Made by a program: the position numbers and the translations under genes. Below, piece by piece: positions 11,757-25,996 of a stretch of 64,000 nt of DNA. The stretch's first letter is position 1, and each line of letters begins with the position of its first letter. A model generated the notes under the pieces. That model was not told the DNA's origin. It saw only the letters and a program-made list of their open reading frames with translations, and made no database searches. The stretch lies in assembly GCF_006345805.1 (NCBI RefSeq), contig NC_043004.1:84568001-84632000 (forward strand), given 5' to 3'. Source of the DNA: Octopus sinensis. Its lineage: Eukaryota.

Positions 11757-12545
11757 TTTGACTTTTGCATTGTATTTGTACAAGTTGACTCCAAGTCACA
11801 ACCAGAAATCTCAAGAGACAACAAGTTACAAGTTTAAGTTGGTATTATGGTTAGGCTGTCATATATTTGCTTTTGCACATGGTATTGTTCTAGAGTATAT
11901 TTAAGAGAACATAAGAATTATCTGTGTTTGTTTTATAATTTGCGATTACATAGACAGTATTTTACGTAGGATAAGGAGAGCTTCGCTGCGTACTATCTTT
12001 TGAATTCTTGCTATTTGGTTGTTTCCTGGTATCTCGGTTAGTTAGGAATCAGAACCTTTTATCATTCCAAGGGCACCTATGACAACATGTACTATTTTAG
12101 CCTTGAGCTTCCACATTTTGCTAATTTCTATTTTAAGATCTTTATATTTGTTGAGTGTTTGGTTGGTCCTGACACATACAATTATGTCGATTGGGACAGT
12201 CGTATCAATGAGGAGGAATGACTTTTGTCAGCAGTCTTTCAATATAATGTCGGACCTATTCGCATGTCTTTCTGTCAGTCTGAACGGTGACGTTCCAGAG
12301 GAGTAAATTGTGATCATTTTCAAGTACTGGAGGTGGTTTTTGTTTGTTGCCTGCAGGTTTTCTGTTGAGGCAAGGCCAAGCTTTTGAAACTTATCCATTG
12401 AACATATTGTGCTGCACTCGCATGCATGTTGAGATACTATGGAGGTGCAAAAAGACTGCGTATGGATATAGGATCAATGGTTTCATTTTGTTGTTTACGT
12501 ACACGCATGGACTAACGCTGTTCTTTAATAAGTTGGCCGGTTATT
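11757..12545 (-). mobile_element. R4/Dong-like non-LTR retrotransposon 3' fragment
   Basis: Minus strand KYKDLKIEISKMWKLKAKIVHVVIGALGMI at 12061-12149, with a degenerate zinc-knuckle region (QQNETID...) near 12450-12520. Microsatellite tracts on both sides. Confidence 0.8.
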
Positions 12546-12593
<48 letters not shown>

Positions 12594-12616
12594 TATTATT
12601 ATTATTATTATTATTA

Positions 12617-13173
12617 TTGAGTGCGAGAGCAGTGCATGTCATCAAAGTGACACTGGGGTAAAATATACGAAGCCCAGTATACCCATCATGACTACCCGTC
12701 TGATAAGGGTACACCAGGCACATGCATCAAAACCATATGTGCGCGATATGGTGATCTCATATGAAGATAAACAGCACATGACCTTGCAGGTGGGGCCCAG
12801 TTAGAATTTTCTTCTGGTCGAGTAATCCATCCCACTCAAAAGGTCCTTGAATAAGAGTTATTTAAGGATGTTAAATGAAACACCCATGTTTCCAGAGGTG
12901 AATTATTTAAACCCCAAATAATCCCTCTCAACACATGGCTATGATGCTCCCCCACTATATCTGCTCGTGATCAGAGATGCACATATCGTCATCCACTAAG
13001 GGACATGCTCAACTAGTTATGGTCAAACAACAGACAAGCAAATCTGTGGTATTGAGCAGAATATTTGCTGTAGACCATCTTTTATACCAAGACAAAACAA
13101 CGTACATGATAACACTTCCAATCAGTTAAGATCAGAAGCCATGAGAGCCACTGCCTGGTACTGCATCAGGGCA
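12617..13173. mobile_element. Non-coding ~557-bp interspersed repeat, copy 2
   Basis: Direct-orientation match to 11136-11640. (ATT)n at 12548-12618 and at ~13175-13210. Confidence 0.85.
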
Positions 13174-14087
13174 TTTATTATTATTATTATAATTATTATT
13201 ATTATCATTATTGAATTCCCATTACGATGAACGTAAACAAACAAACGATGTTTGCTTTAGAAGCGTTGAGATGTCTTAGAAAGTTGAAGAAGTGATGTTA
13301 GATTCTCAAACACAGAATGATTCTAACGTTATAGATTGAACAGGATAAGCTACCCTTCTATGAAAACTCACTTCTTATTTTGCTGGGTACGATGGAAAGT
13401 GCCAGCAGTTCACAGCCAGCAAACTAATGTGACACTCCTTTACTGGTTATGCTTCAAGTTCACCAAGTTCACCAAGGAATGCTTATTTTTGAAGTTGTTC
13501 TACCTTCACAATTGCACCGATTATTATTTTATTATTGATGATAACGATGGAGAAGTGCAACGGCTTACAGAGCTTTTGCAGGAAGAATAATATTCGTAGA
13601 TTCCGGTTTTACTTTGAAATTCTATATATGACGGTATTTATTTTTTGCATGTGGTACCTCTTTAATTTCCTGGAAAATGCAATTTTTGCAATAACAAAAA
13701 CATGTTTTACTTTCTTTTAAGAAATGTTTCAAATAGATTTCAACCGAAACCAATGCTATGTTGTCATTACTTGACCTACATATATAAACCATTTGCAAAT
13801 ACGGATATAAGCTCTTCTGATATTTTTTTTTCCTTTCCATATACTTTTTGCAATTTTCATAAAAATTCTAAAAGGATTATTTTGTCACGTACGTTTACTT
13901 TCACATACAAAAGTACCTTATATTTATACGTGCATATACACACACGCACGCGCGCATCCGTGTGGATTCATATGTATATATTGGCATACACACTTATATA
14001 TAGAGGAACATATATATGTATGTATGTATATATGTGTGTCTGTGTGTGTGCGTGTGTTTACGCTTATGTGTGTATCTATCTATCTCG

Positions 14088-14146
<59 letters not shown>

Positions 14147-14190
14147 AATACTGCATAAATAATTTACTGCAGTATAATTAAAATCAAAAA

Positions 14191-14740
14191 TAAGGGTGAA
14201 AAAATTGGATACTAACTTAATAACATCAATTTAACACCAAGTGGTTTAGCGCATACAAACCTGGGATACAGTAAGAATTAATATTTGTTTCGGCGATTTT
14301 GGCGCGCTATAACGAGGACATTCGAATCATAACTGCGAATATAATAGACTGAACCACACGTGTGTTTGCCTTTATGTTAAAACCTGGCGTGCGGTTCAGT
14401 AAATTGTATTCACGACAAATTCTACTGAAGAGCTGCAGATCTATTATGTAAGTAAGATTGCATAATCCATTAACAGCGACACAATTTTCTAGAATTAATC
14501 TACAATTTTGTTATTTTTCATTTGTCCTGCTCGTTTACGTTCATAGTTGTGCTAAATCTCCTTGGGAACAAGTATTGGTGGTTGAGATCATTGCGGATCT
14601 ATTTTTAGCGCAAGAGCGACCACATAGTGGACACGCTCTTATATTTGTGTATTAATTTTTACTGTATCCCAGGTTTTTATGCGCTAAACCACTTGGTGTT
14701 AAATTGATGTTATTATTAAATTAATATTCAATTGTTTCAC

Positions 14741-14745
<5 letters not shown>
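14191..14745. mobile_element. MITE with ~95-bp terminal inverted repeats
   Basis: 14191-14283 is the reverse complement of ~14650-14745 (TAAGGGTGAA...AACACCAAGTGGTTTAGCGCAT...CCTGGGATACAGTAA). Outermost TA at both ends; right end runs into (TA)n. Confidence 0.85.
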
Positions 14746-14782
<37 letters not shown>

Positions 14783-14884
14783 TCTCTTTACTCTTTATAT
14801 ATACATGTGTGTGTATGTGTGTGTGTGTGTACATACACACATATATATATATATCATATATATAGAGAGAGACAGAGACAGAAA

Positions 14885-15372
14885 TAGAGATATACCTCAC
14901 CCTAAGTCGTTAAGTGGTTCCAAGAGAGACGACTTAAGTCGAATTGCTTTCCATACGCTTGATTAGACCTGGCCAAGCCTAGGTTAGTTTAAACTGCTAA
15001 TAGCTCTTCCCTAGTGCTGTACTTAATTTATGAATACATTTTCGATAAGACACGGTTAATAAATACATATTTTAAGCTTACAAACAAATAAGCATCATTT
15101 TCTAATAATTATTTGCTTTAGTGTACTAGGCTACATTAGTTTTTGGTTTGTATTTTAATATTTACTGTATTTTAATATACTTTTATACGCTTTTATTCTT
15201 ATTTATTGTAACATGATGTTACGTGCTTTTAATATTTTTCAGTGTATTTACGATTCCAGTATTATTGGCGGACTGACTTAACTAATTTTTATTTTCCTCA
15301 ATATCAATGTTGTAAACTGATGTGCCTTCCAGAACAACTTAAGTCGAAATAACTCAAGCCGAGGTATCCCTG
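14885..15372. mobile_element. Probable Tc1/mariner-superfamily (pogo/Tigger-like) MITE, degenerate
   Basis: Right end CGAGGTATCCCTGTA (rc TACAGGGATACCTCG) with repeated ACTTAAGTCG subterminal motifs. Left end ATACCTC...TAAGTCG is only a partial match. Confidence 0.5.
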
Positions 15373-15374
15373 TA

Positions 15375-15765
15375 TATGTAACTTAGATAACTTAGATTGA
15401 TTTCGGACATCATCGGCCCAGGTCTTGACTGACTAAATAGCACCACATGGGAAAGTCTTTTAGTTAATTATTTCGGGACAATAAGCAGAGAGTTGTTGTT
15501 GGTTCATACGCATCCAGGGGTTGGTGGTTTATCCGGTATTTCCTGGAGGAATTTGTCCGGGTAACGTTTGAAAGTTGTGGAGTCTGTTTCTACTTTAATT
15601 TCTTTTGGGATAACATTGACATGTGTAGAACTATTTGCAGTGAAGAAATTGTGTCGCAATCTCCTTACGTGATGTGATCTCGACTTTTGTAGGTGACGCA
15701 TGACACGGGGGCCTAGTCTTGGGGGAAACGTAATACAATTATCATTTGTATAATGTTGGTGGAAT
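15375..15765 (-). mobile_element. CR1-group LINE 3' end (clade uncertain)
   Basis: RLRHNFFTANSSTHVNVIPKEIKVETDSTTFKRYPDKFLQEIPDKPPTPG at the C-terminal end of ORF 15504-16031, followed by a short 3' UTR. Confidence 0.65.
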
Positions 15766-15883
15766 ATTAACCCCACGGTGCAAATATATATATATATATT
15801 TTTTTTTTTTTTCCTGAGGGTCCAATAATACTTTATTTGTTCCACGTCCTCGCGTTGTTGTGTTTTCTTGTTTGGATTAACTT

Positions 15884-15944
<61 letters not shown>

Positions 15945-17934
15945 AACAAGACCAGTAATGTGTACGTATAAATATTTAAAATTTGTGATGTTTTTTATAG
16001 CTACTATAGTTAAGTTTTGTACTGCATCCATGTAGACTAATTCACTAAGTCAGAGCATAACCATATATTTACTTATAAGTACCTCCAAGCATAAGCTCAC
16101 AACTGAACTGTTTCTTGTTATATCCAACAGCGCTAGTAAGCCTGACTATGCTTCTATCATTACCGAGTCGCTATTATTTGGTTACGAATTTCAAACTACC
16201 AATTTCACGCCATTTAAATGTTTCATGTCAAGCCTTTTCAAACAGCTTATACTCAACTAATTTACGCCATGCGTCGTCTAAAACACTCTAAGCTTCCATT
16301 CAGCTGTTTTCCACATCGAATTCAATCTTCGCATCCCTGTTCTGACGTCTTTAATGACGTCATCACCTGTCGCATCGGTGTTTTATATCACTGATTACAT
16401 TATTGCATAATGTTGCTTTGTACCCCTCAGTTAATATTTCCTTGGTCAAGTATATGTGAGAGGGTTTGACAGAATCTTATTTTGGAAATCATCTTCGTGT
16501 TTCATGCAATAATGGAGATTTGATATGTTTGTTGTCAAAAACGTTTTCATACGAAAAGCTCAGTCGCCTGAATTTTCACATAGACTGAAGCATTAATATC
16601 ATTTATACAGATGCCTAAATAATCCCTCGTGCATTTGTTTATATTGCTTATTACTTACAACAATCCCCAACCAAGTCCCATGTGGTGATAAATGAGAGGT
16701 TTTTCATGGAGGCTGATAGGCTATTGTTTTTCGGGGTCTAAAGATATTACTTAAAATTTTCATATATCCCTATTAAAACACCTCTAATTTAGCATGTTAT
16801 ATCGATGTCCTTTCTTATTGGTGTTTACTAAAACATGTCACAATCATAATAATATCATGCTTTTATTCAGACCTACCCATAAAATAAAACTGAGTCTTAT
16901 TATTACATTCTTATCTAAATTAATTTTCCCGTCTATTATCTATTTGAATTTCAATAACTCTAAAAATATGTCATTTTTATATCTGATTATGTATATTACT
17001 TTTCTTTGATCTCGAAAGGTTGTTCATGACATCTTTTGCGAATAGACCGATATATTGCATAGAATAACGTGTTAAAATCTGTTAACGATTTCGATATGTA
17101 TCGTAATATAATACAAAAAATAAAACTGGTTTTTCCTTTTGTACCATGCACGTATACAGAATGTTCAGAGTACATGATTTCAACGAAATGAACACTGATC
17201 TAGCTGTTAGGTGCAATCTTTTCTAATCGAAATATATAATAGTAATATATTATTCCTTTGATTTTAAAACATTTTTCTATATAAATGCCTGGCGTATATT
17301 GAATGTAGCATGATTAATTTACTAAAAATGAAAGCGTTTTCATATAAAAGTAGTCAATATACACGAATTTGTTTCTCTTGCTTCTAACTTATTCTTAACA
17401 TAAAAGTCAAATATTACAGTTGTTCTATTCATTGAGTGCACTACATTTGCGAAGTTATTTCGGCTATATTGCCTCAGAAATATAAATGAATGACCTTAAT
17501 ATATCACAATATTCTAGTACATTATAAAATTGCTGATTATATCTTCTTTCTCGACATTTATGATACTAAACAGACACGTTTTATAAATATGGTTTTATGG
17601 TCCGAGTGAAAAGTAGCAGTGTATAAGTTTCTGTTACTTTTAGAATCCCAAATGTTATTCACATATATCACCAATGGACATCGTGAAAGGAATAGGGCCT
17701 CTCGATATAGATAGACAGGAAATATAACGTGTGTTTGCCGTTTGAAATTTTAGATTGACCACGACAAATAAGAAGTATTTCAACCGTAGTCATCTTCTTT
17801 TTCAATGATATCCAGGATAAAATTGTGCAATATTTGCCTTCCCTTTTCGAAAGTTATGACCTGCAGCAAATGATTGCGTTATATTTAGCTCGATACAAGA
17901 GCAGATAAAATATCTTCTGCTAGAAAATATGTAG

Positions 17935-17995
17935 TGAACTTTGCCTTTCATCCTTTCAGGGTCGATAAAATAAGTATTAGTTGAGTACATGGATC
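17935..17995 (+). mobile_element. SINE fragment, Meta/MESC-like central domain
   Basis: CTTTGCCTTTCATCCTTTCAGGGTCGATAAAATAAGTA; the same motif recurs at ~46930, ~51600, ~54340 and ~63060. The domain name is from recollection. Confidence 0.7.
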
Positions 17996-18129
17996 GATAT
18001 ATTCGACACATACCTTGTGTCAAAATCAGAAATCAATATTTAAGGCACAACTTTATTGTAAGAGTAATTACTCCGAGTTAAATACAATGTCTTCTTCCTT
18101 CTGCCTAGTTTTCCGTAGCCTTTATAATG

Positions 18130-19760
18130 AATGTCCGGACTGTGTAGATAACTAACAAACTTCCATTTCTTTTACATATCTGCAGCGAAATGCTTAAAGT
18201 TTTACGTTCGGAAAATGAGGATCCGGTTTTGGTTATGCTGCGTGTTGACTTTTGGCTGGAGCCTGAGGCAGTCTTCGATAGAACAGACACTGGTTATCAT
18301 AGTATTCTATGGAACAGTCTGCAATACTGCAACAAACGATTCAATTTTGCGACTCTGCCTGAACTCAAAATCTGGCACAACGTCAGTGCCTTCAGCCACA
18401 ATATATCGACTAGCTTCTCGTTTCTCTCAGACCGTCTATCCGACTTTGAGAAAAAATCTTCGAGCCCAATTTAAATAGACAATTACTGAGAGCGACGTCC
18501 CTGATACGGTGTCCGACGTGACCTCCACCGACACATTCTTCACTTCTTATCTGGATGTTCTGCATACTTTCCATCTCAAACAATAGGGGCCCTCCGGTAA
18601 ATATGAGGGATTTCTAAATCACTGAAACTTCGCTGCGTGCAGTGTTGGTGACTTGTCCAAGATGACCGAGGGATTGCGCCTATTTGACGCGTACCCCGTT
18701 CTCTTCTTCTTTGTTGATTTTGATAACAGCATCCAGCGTATACCGAACTGATCTGCAAGGTCGGTTTTGACAACGCCGGCTGGCAACAGGTGAAACTGAC
18801 AATTAGATACAGTAGCCTTGGCCTCCAACCTCCAGTGGACCTGGCTCTGATGCCTTATCTCACTTTAGACTCCTCCGACCGCACTCTTATTGGCGAGATA
18901 TTTCACGGAATAACTGACCCTGTTGTGTTGTGGCCCAGGAACCGGATTCAGCCGCAGCCGATTCGATCGCTGATGGACTCGTTGTCCCCTAGACTATGGA
19001 TGCCCAAAGCAACTGGGACGACATCAGATGCAAGGTCACGTTTGAGAGGCTCCAGTCATCACTACATCAGTACTTTTTCGCCTGTCTCGGTTCCACCGCG
19101 CAGCCAAACAGTGCCACATGTCTTCATTCGGTAATCTACTCATCTACTGGTACACTTTTAGATGATGAGTGCACCCGTATCGAAGTGGCCCAACACTGCG
19201 CTCTCCACGTGTGAGAGCTGCAAAAATAACGCTGCGGTGCGGTAGTAAACTAATTCAGCTGGCATTATATATCCCGCAGCCTTATCGCGGGTCTATTCCC
19301 CTGACACGCCACTTTGAATGACAAAATCGGAAGGGACCTAGAGGCGGTTGGCATACCATCACCACCTTCGAGGAAGGCAGACCTCTAATCTGGGTCGCGA
19401 TGTGCAGCAATACGTTCTTCGGATCCAACATTTGGAGCTTCTGTTGCAATCCCTGGTGCCGTCGCCCGTAACGCGGAGGCGGCAAAAATCAATATATACA
19501 GAAGACTGGCCAGTTACTATCAGTTTCTGCCGGTCGCCGTCGAGACTTCAGGTATTATAGAAGTCTGTACAATCAATTTCCCCTGCAAAAGGATGGATAA
19601 CGGCGGCCTGCCGTAAAAATGAGTCCCGCAATGTGAAGTGGCTGATGCAACGATTGTCAGTGACATTTTATGCGACAACGCCATCGCGTTATTTAATGCA
19701 GGGTGCGCTTTGCACCTCATTTCTTCTGAGATTTGTGGCACTTCGGCCTCGTTTCCATCT
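18130..19760 (+). mobile_element. CRE-clade non-LTR retrotransposon (RT thumb, zinc knuckle, RLE), degenerate
   Basis: ELKIW ~18361; SLGLQPPVDLALMPYL (GGLG region) ~18812-18860; NWDDIRCK ~19010; HATLNDKIGRDLEAVGIPS ~19305-19360; YQFLPVAVETSG 19518-19553; WLMQRLSV ~19638-19661. Many frameshifts and stops. Confidence 0.75.
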
Positions 19761-20879
19761 TCGACCGCTTTACTCCAGCACCTTTATTTCTTCCCTTCGT
19801 TTCTTTTTCTTTCTCTCCCTTCTTATCTGTCTTCTTTTCAGTTTGCTTTGTATTTAAATCTTCTAATAGAGTAAAGTAGTTTAAGATAAATGACGTAAAA
19901 ACATTCTATGATTAAACAATATGTAAAAAGAAAAAAAAAAACAACGCTAGTCTCAGAGATCCCTATCAAGTGTTTGGAATTAATAGTTGTCTGCTTCTCT
20001 GGTTTTATACCAACAACGGTTCGACTAAGGAGGTTGAAACACTTGTGAATTAAAACTAGGATAACAGAAAACATAGAGATTCAACAAATTGTAACAGAAA
20101 GTATTAAATTCTTCAAAAATTGCTCCGCTGACTTTGGGTTGAACGTTAAATAATAAGTCTAGTGGCGAAATCGATCAAATATATTGACACTTCTAGTCGT
20201 TAATGACCGAGATATTCCATTTATTTAATCAAAAGTTTGTTGCGATAATACATCTCACGAGCTCATAAAATTCAGACGTGATCACACGGATTTCAATGAA
20301 ACCTTATTCAATCTAAAAGGAAATCATTTTGCGTCTATAGACACTTATGGAATCGATTCGCTATTGCAAAATGTGAGTTCCTGCTTCCTTTTAAATTTTA
20401 CATTGTAGAAAAAACAAAATATATATTTATATTTCTTTTCAGAGTCAATTTTCTAAATATGCAATGAAACTGCCTTCAGATTAGAAATACATATAGCAAT
20501 GAGAAATACAAATATACTTTCTTGGAAAATGTCCCAAATCTCAAGAAACCATTAGGTACAAGAGAGAGAAAAAAACGTATCATTAAACCGGTTTTAGACT
20601 GAAAGTAAGTAGGATTGTGTTAGACAAGAAAAGAGAGCTATTTGAATGGTGATAAGAAATTTAATGTGTCACTTGTGTAATAGCCGTCGCTTTTGCAAAA
20701 CAGTGTGTAGTGACGTGTTCATTCTCACTGCATGGCATCTTGGACCAGTGTCATGGGGCCGATCAAAGCCTTGTGAGTGGACGGAATCTGTAAGCAGTCT
20801 GTCGTATATATGTATATGTGTATCCTTTAAGTTCGTTTGCATATATACGTGCGTGTTACTGTGTGTGTTCGTGTGCGTG

Positions 20880-21100
20880 TGTGTATCTTCGTGTTTGTGT
20901 TTGTCCCCACCCACCGCTAAAAAATAACCGATATTTGCATATTTACGTCCCCGTAACTTGGCATTTCAGCAACAAACACGGATAAGTTAAGTACCAGGCT
21001 TTAAAAAGCGAATAAGTGCTGAGGTCGATACATCAGACTAAAAATTCCTACAGATGGTGCACCAACATGTCTACACCCTAATAACTGAAATGTGAAAGAC
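20880..21100 (+). mobile_element. SINE 3' half
   Basis: TTTACGTCCCCGTAACTTGGC...AAGTACCAGGC...AATAAGTGCTGAGGTCGA...GGTGCACCAACATG; same family as 7040-7142. Confidence 0.75.
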
Positions 21101-21792
21101 AGAAGATACGGTTGTGTCAGTGTAATTTAATACATGGGCATGTGCGCACGTGGGAGTGTCCGTAGGTTTTCAACTGGAACATTCCAGCATAGATTATTTT
21201 ACGACAATGTGTGTATATATTATAATATATCACATCTTGTGTCGAACTCATCCATATCATATAAACAGAGACAAGCGGATGTAATTCAGGCACACTCAAT
21301 TTGCCCTCTGTAACATTTGATATCCCTAAGCCGAATAACTGATTATGGTTTTCACGATAAACGCTATACAAGACGTATTTTGAGATCAAAGCCCAAAAAT
21401 ATCCATTTCGATCTTGGCACAGTCACCCAAGGGAAATTACGATTAAGTATGGCGCGTTAATGTGACGCAGACGAGGCTATTTATACATATACATACACAG
21501 AGAGAGATAGAGAGAGATGAAGGTGATAGAAGGATAGAGAAATAGATAAAATGATGCATAGATAGATGTGTATATATGTGTGCGTGTGTGCATATGCGTA
21601 TGTATGTGTGAGTGGGATGGTGCATATCGATAAACCTACATAAATATATTTATGTATGCATGAATAATTATCCATTTATCTATCAATCTACACACACGCA
21701 CACATATAGATATATATATATAGAGAGACACACACACAGTATATATATATATATATACACACACATATGTATATGTATGTATATCTATATCT

Positions 21793-21882
<90 letters not shown>

Positions 21883-22250
21883 ACACATCCGTGTCCTAAT
21901 CTATGTTCTCGAAAATGAGATTTTACGCTACACAAGGCGATAAAATATACCGACATTACTACATTATTAGTCTGAAATAAAATTTATTCTTCACAGTATC
22001 GATATTACAAGCAACAATGGAACCATCTGAGGACAAATGAATCAATTGTTGAAACATATCTGTAATATATAAAGAAATGCCAATGGTAAAATAGCATATA
22101 CGAATACGGCGTCCGTGGATTGGAGGATTTTATTTAGGCTGAAGCTTTTGTTTCGAAGTTATCTCTATTAGGTATGTTATTTCTTCCAGCCACGAAGACC
22201 ACCATTACATACATGCATACATACATATATACATATACACACACAGAGAA

Positions 22251-22299
<49 letters not shown>

Positions 22300-22302
<3 letters not shown>

Positions 22303-22712
22303 TTATATAGGCTGATTCTGCTGCCACACGACTCGTACCCGTACACGTGATACACACAAAATCATCTTTCCAGCGTTGGCCTTACAGAGACAAAATGACC
22401 GATACCGGTGGGACGTGAAAAGCTGCTGTCGTGTGTTGGGCCTCACGTTGGCAAATTCTGAGAACCTTGTCATAATGTTGTGCTTGAGAAGAAGATACAT
22501 CAAGCGAAGCAAATCGCAGTCGTGGCAGATACTGGTGGTCGCATAGAAAAGCACACATTACATTCTCAGAGTGGGTGGCGTGGTGAAGGGGATCCACCAT
22601 ACAAACCATGTCAAATCAGACTGGAATCTGTTGGGGGCCTTCCAGCTTGCCAGTCCTGGTCAAACGGTCCAACCCATGCCAGCATGGTAAACAAACGTTA
22701 GATGATGATGAG
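22300..22712 (+). mobile_element. Short retroposon with (GAT)n tail, probably RTE-related
   Basis: GC-richer ~400-bp block ending GTCCAACCCATGCCAGCATGGTAAACAAACGTTAGATGATGATGA. No intact ORF. The RTE link is from recollection of such 3' ends. Confidence 0.55.
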
Positions 22713-23699
22713 GCACACTTGCTCGCAAACACACGCTCACACACAACCACACATACACAAACACACACACACACACACATACATATTTATAAAAACAAGT
22801 ATACACATACGGACTTACATTTACACACATCCATTATGTACTCATTTACATACATTCATACATACGTTTAGAAAACATTTCTTTGGATTCTGATCAATCC
22901 GGCGGCATGGAAATTAACATTTTTCTTCTTTATGTTTATCCTTTAGAATCACGGGTTACAATGTTAATTTGTGTCACAAACAGTATACCTACAAACATTC
23001 TTTTAATGCCTGTGACTGGTTAAATAAAAAAAAAAGGTGCTTCTACTTTTGCAGCCATATTTCCCTTCTTGATTCCCTTATGGAATATCATCGGCTGTTG
23101 GCATTCGCTTTTATCTTTTCTTCCAGATAGATATTTTCTGTTTGGTAGTGATTCATCTATTGTGAATTTTCATATTTTCCCAAGTTCTAACCTTATCTTT
23201 TGACAATTTTCCATTTGGACAAGAACTAAAATACTAACCTAATGTTATTCGGTATTCTTTGCACCTTCTCAAGGCAGGAACCGATAACATAGTTATTGAT
23301 TTTAGTTCGTTCTCAATTCAATTACTTCATGCTTTTCAATGTGAGCAGAGATATACATACAAATGAAACACACTCACTCAAATATACACACATACACACA
23401 CGTAAACGCACACAAACATACACACATACACACAAATAAACGCACATAAACAATCACACACATATACACAACAAACACGCGCGCGTGCACATACATATAC
23501 GCACACACATACATACACGCACACGCACACAGACACAGACATGACAGAAGTCAAAAGAGACACTTATAATCAATAAAATATATTTAAGTCTGAAATTATA
23601 CATTCAATTTTTTAATTAATTGAAAGTTATAATATAAATATTTGATATTTAGCTGAATTTTCCCTTTGCATTATTCAATGCAAGGACACTATTAGGCAT

Positions 23700-24440
23700 G
23701 TTTGATCAGATGCAAATATTATCTTGTGGAATTTCTTGACAGGCTTAATGCAGTAATCTCAAAAGATCTGGCCTTGAAGATGAATTCTTGTTCAGTTTTA
23801 TGAAGTTCCCTGTCCTTTATAGCCCAAAATCATTCGGTAAGGCTTCACCAGGGTAGCTTTATGATGCCATTGTCAACCAAGGAACTCCATCTTTGATAAA
23901 TAGTCTCCTTTAATCATTTCAACACTGGAGAAGATTCGAAAGAAACATCTCTGCAATATTTTCCCCTCGACTCCATCAGATTTGATGAACTATTGCTCCA
24001 AATTGCTCCACAGACCACCACAGAATAAAAGCTGCCGTGTTTCATTGTTGGCTACAATATTTTCACACGTAATTCTCGTTCACAGAGTCTCAAGACCCAC
24101 ACCAGGACACTGTCAGCAAATACAGCAAATACACTCATCAGAGAATATAAGAGTGTCCCCAGACGCTAGTTGCCTCAACCATCTCACTGACTCAATCTAT
24201 TCTCCGTTTGATGAAGCCGCTTCCTTCATGCCGCTCTCCCATAGTAACCATAGTTACTATGGCAGTGTAACTATGGTTTGTAGTGATACCTGATAGCTCT
24301 TCTGCTACGTTAGAGGCCTTACAAAGAGAATCATCCTCCACACTTCTGCCAGAGGGCCCTGGTTGATCTGGGCGAAGTGATGTGGACTCCTTCCACTCTC
24401 TTCTGAATTGCACAATCACTCTATTAACTGCAAAAAGCGG
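23700..24440 (-). mobile_element. Tc1-like transposase relic
   Basis: Minus strand FSDE (24134-24145), VWVLR, PTMKHG (24034-24051), then SVVVCGAIW and a degenerate DN..HKA region, in the expected Tc1 order. Confidence 0.75.
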
Positions 24441-25056
24441 GATCCTAAGGTTTTCTACGATTTTACAATATGTCCCTCGTACATGGCATGATTAAGCATC
24501 CACACAGAATTTGAATCATAAAAGATATCATTAATAAAAAAAAGATAAACTTTTGCAAGGCAGGGTAAGCATGTTTTATCGCGTGTCTATTTACCTCTGC
24601 CATGTGTGTGTGTGTGTTTATGTGTGTGTGTGTGTTTATGTGTGTGTGTGTGTGTGTGCGTGTGTGTGTGTGTCTCGCTGCTATTAAGTTAAACTGTTGT
24701 ATGCCCAAATTTGGGAAAAATATGTTTTTTTTCAGTATTCAATTTTCCTTACGATTGCCGGTCCTTTGGGTGAAACTATCGTATATCCAGCTGCTTAAGA
24801 TGAAAATTATCAAAGTGTATTATAAAGGTTTAACGTTTTACAACAGTTCAGTAAGTTCCGTATACGACAGTTTTGCAAAAAATACTTCTGCTTGAATATA
24901 TCATACATACATACATAGAGCTACGATTTTACGCACTCAGCAAAGTATTATTGTTAAACTGAAACTATTGATAATGCGAAAAGAAGAGAAATGGCGAAAC
25001 TAATTGTTCGCTTTCTGAAAAGCAAAATTTTGGACTTTTTCATAATTTTTCATAAT

Positions 25057-25101
<45 letters not shown>

Positions 25102-25699
25102 AAAAAAAAGAAAGAGAAAAAATATATACATGGATGGTTTGTTATTTCTTGATTTCATTTTCTGGATTAGTACTGCATATATTTTTTCCCACTTACCACC
25201 TTTGAAGAGTATATAAACTAAAGTGGTATTTGAGAAAATGTTTGCTGATATAGACGACTGAAAGCTATCTGAATATTCAAAATGTGGTATTTGCGGTGTG
25301 TGCCGATATCTTGTCTGCTTGTTAATGATCTGAAGAATGCTAAGGTCAGTACAATGTGGTATGGGAAACTGCATTGGGGTCTATGAAAGCTTGATCACAA
25401 AAACGGGACACATGGGTATGGTATCACTGCCTGACATGCCGCAATTATTGGCCAAATGGCTAGCAGAGCGGCAATCGTGCATATCATTTTTAAATTCCTT
25501 CCCCAGATAATAATAGAGTCAATAATAGCTTCGAAAATTATTTTTTTGTGAATCATTTTTCTCGCGAATTATTTGTTTCGTATTCTGAAGACGTAAGGTG
25601 GCAGTTAACGCTATGGAAGCACCGTAGTTAAACTATCGGTTCGATAATGATACGAGTAAGGAGTCTAATGCGGGTCTTGTATGAGGATGTATATGTCTT

Positions 25700-25996
<297 letters not shown>

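Noticed and set aside
11136-13173. Interpretation as an LTR retrotransposon
   Set aside because: No TG...CA ends, PBS or PPT; the interior is a non-LTR 3' fragment; the repeats are diverged and separated from it by microsatellites.
24290-24432. Apparent minus-strand exon (TTTTTGCAG acceptor, open frame, GTATCA donor)
   Set aside because: It is contiguous with Tc1 FSDE and TMKHG motifs, so it is better explained as the transposase N-terminal region.
25190-25380. Open frame on minus strand ending at a GTAAGT donor-like site
   Set aside because: No recognisable protein similarity, weak acceptor and no partner exons. RNA-seq would be needed.
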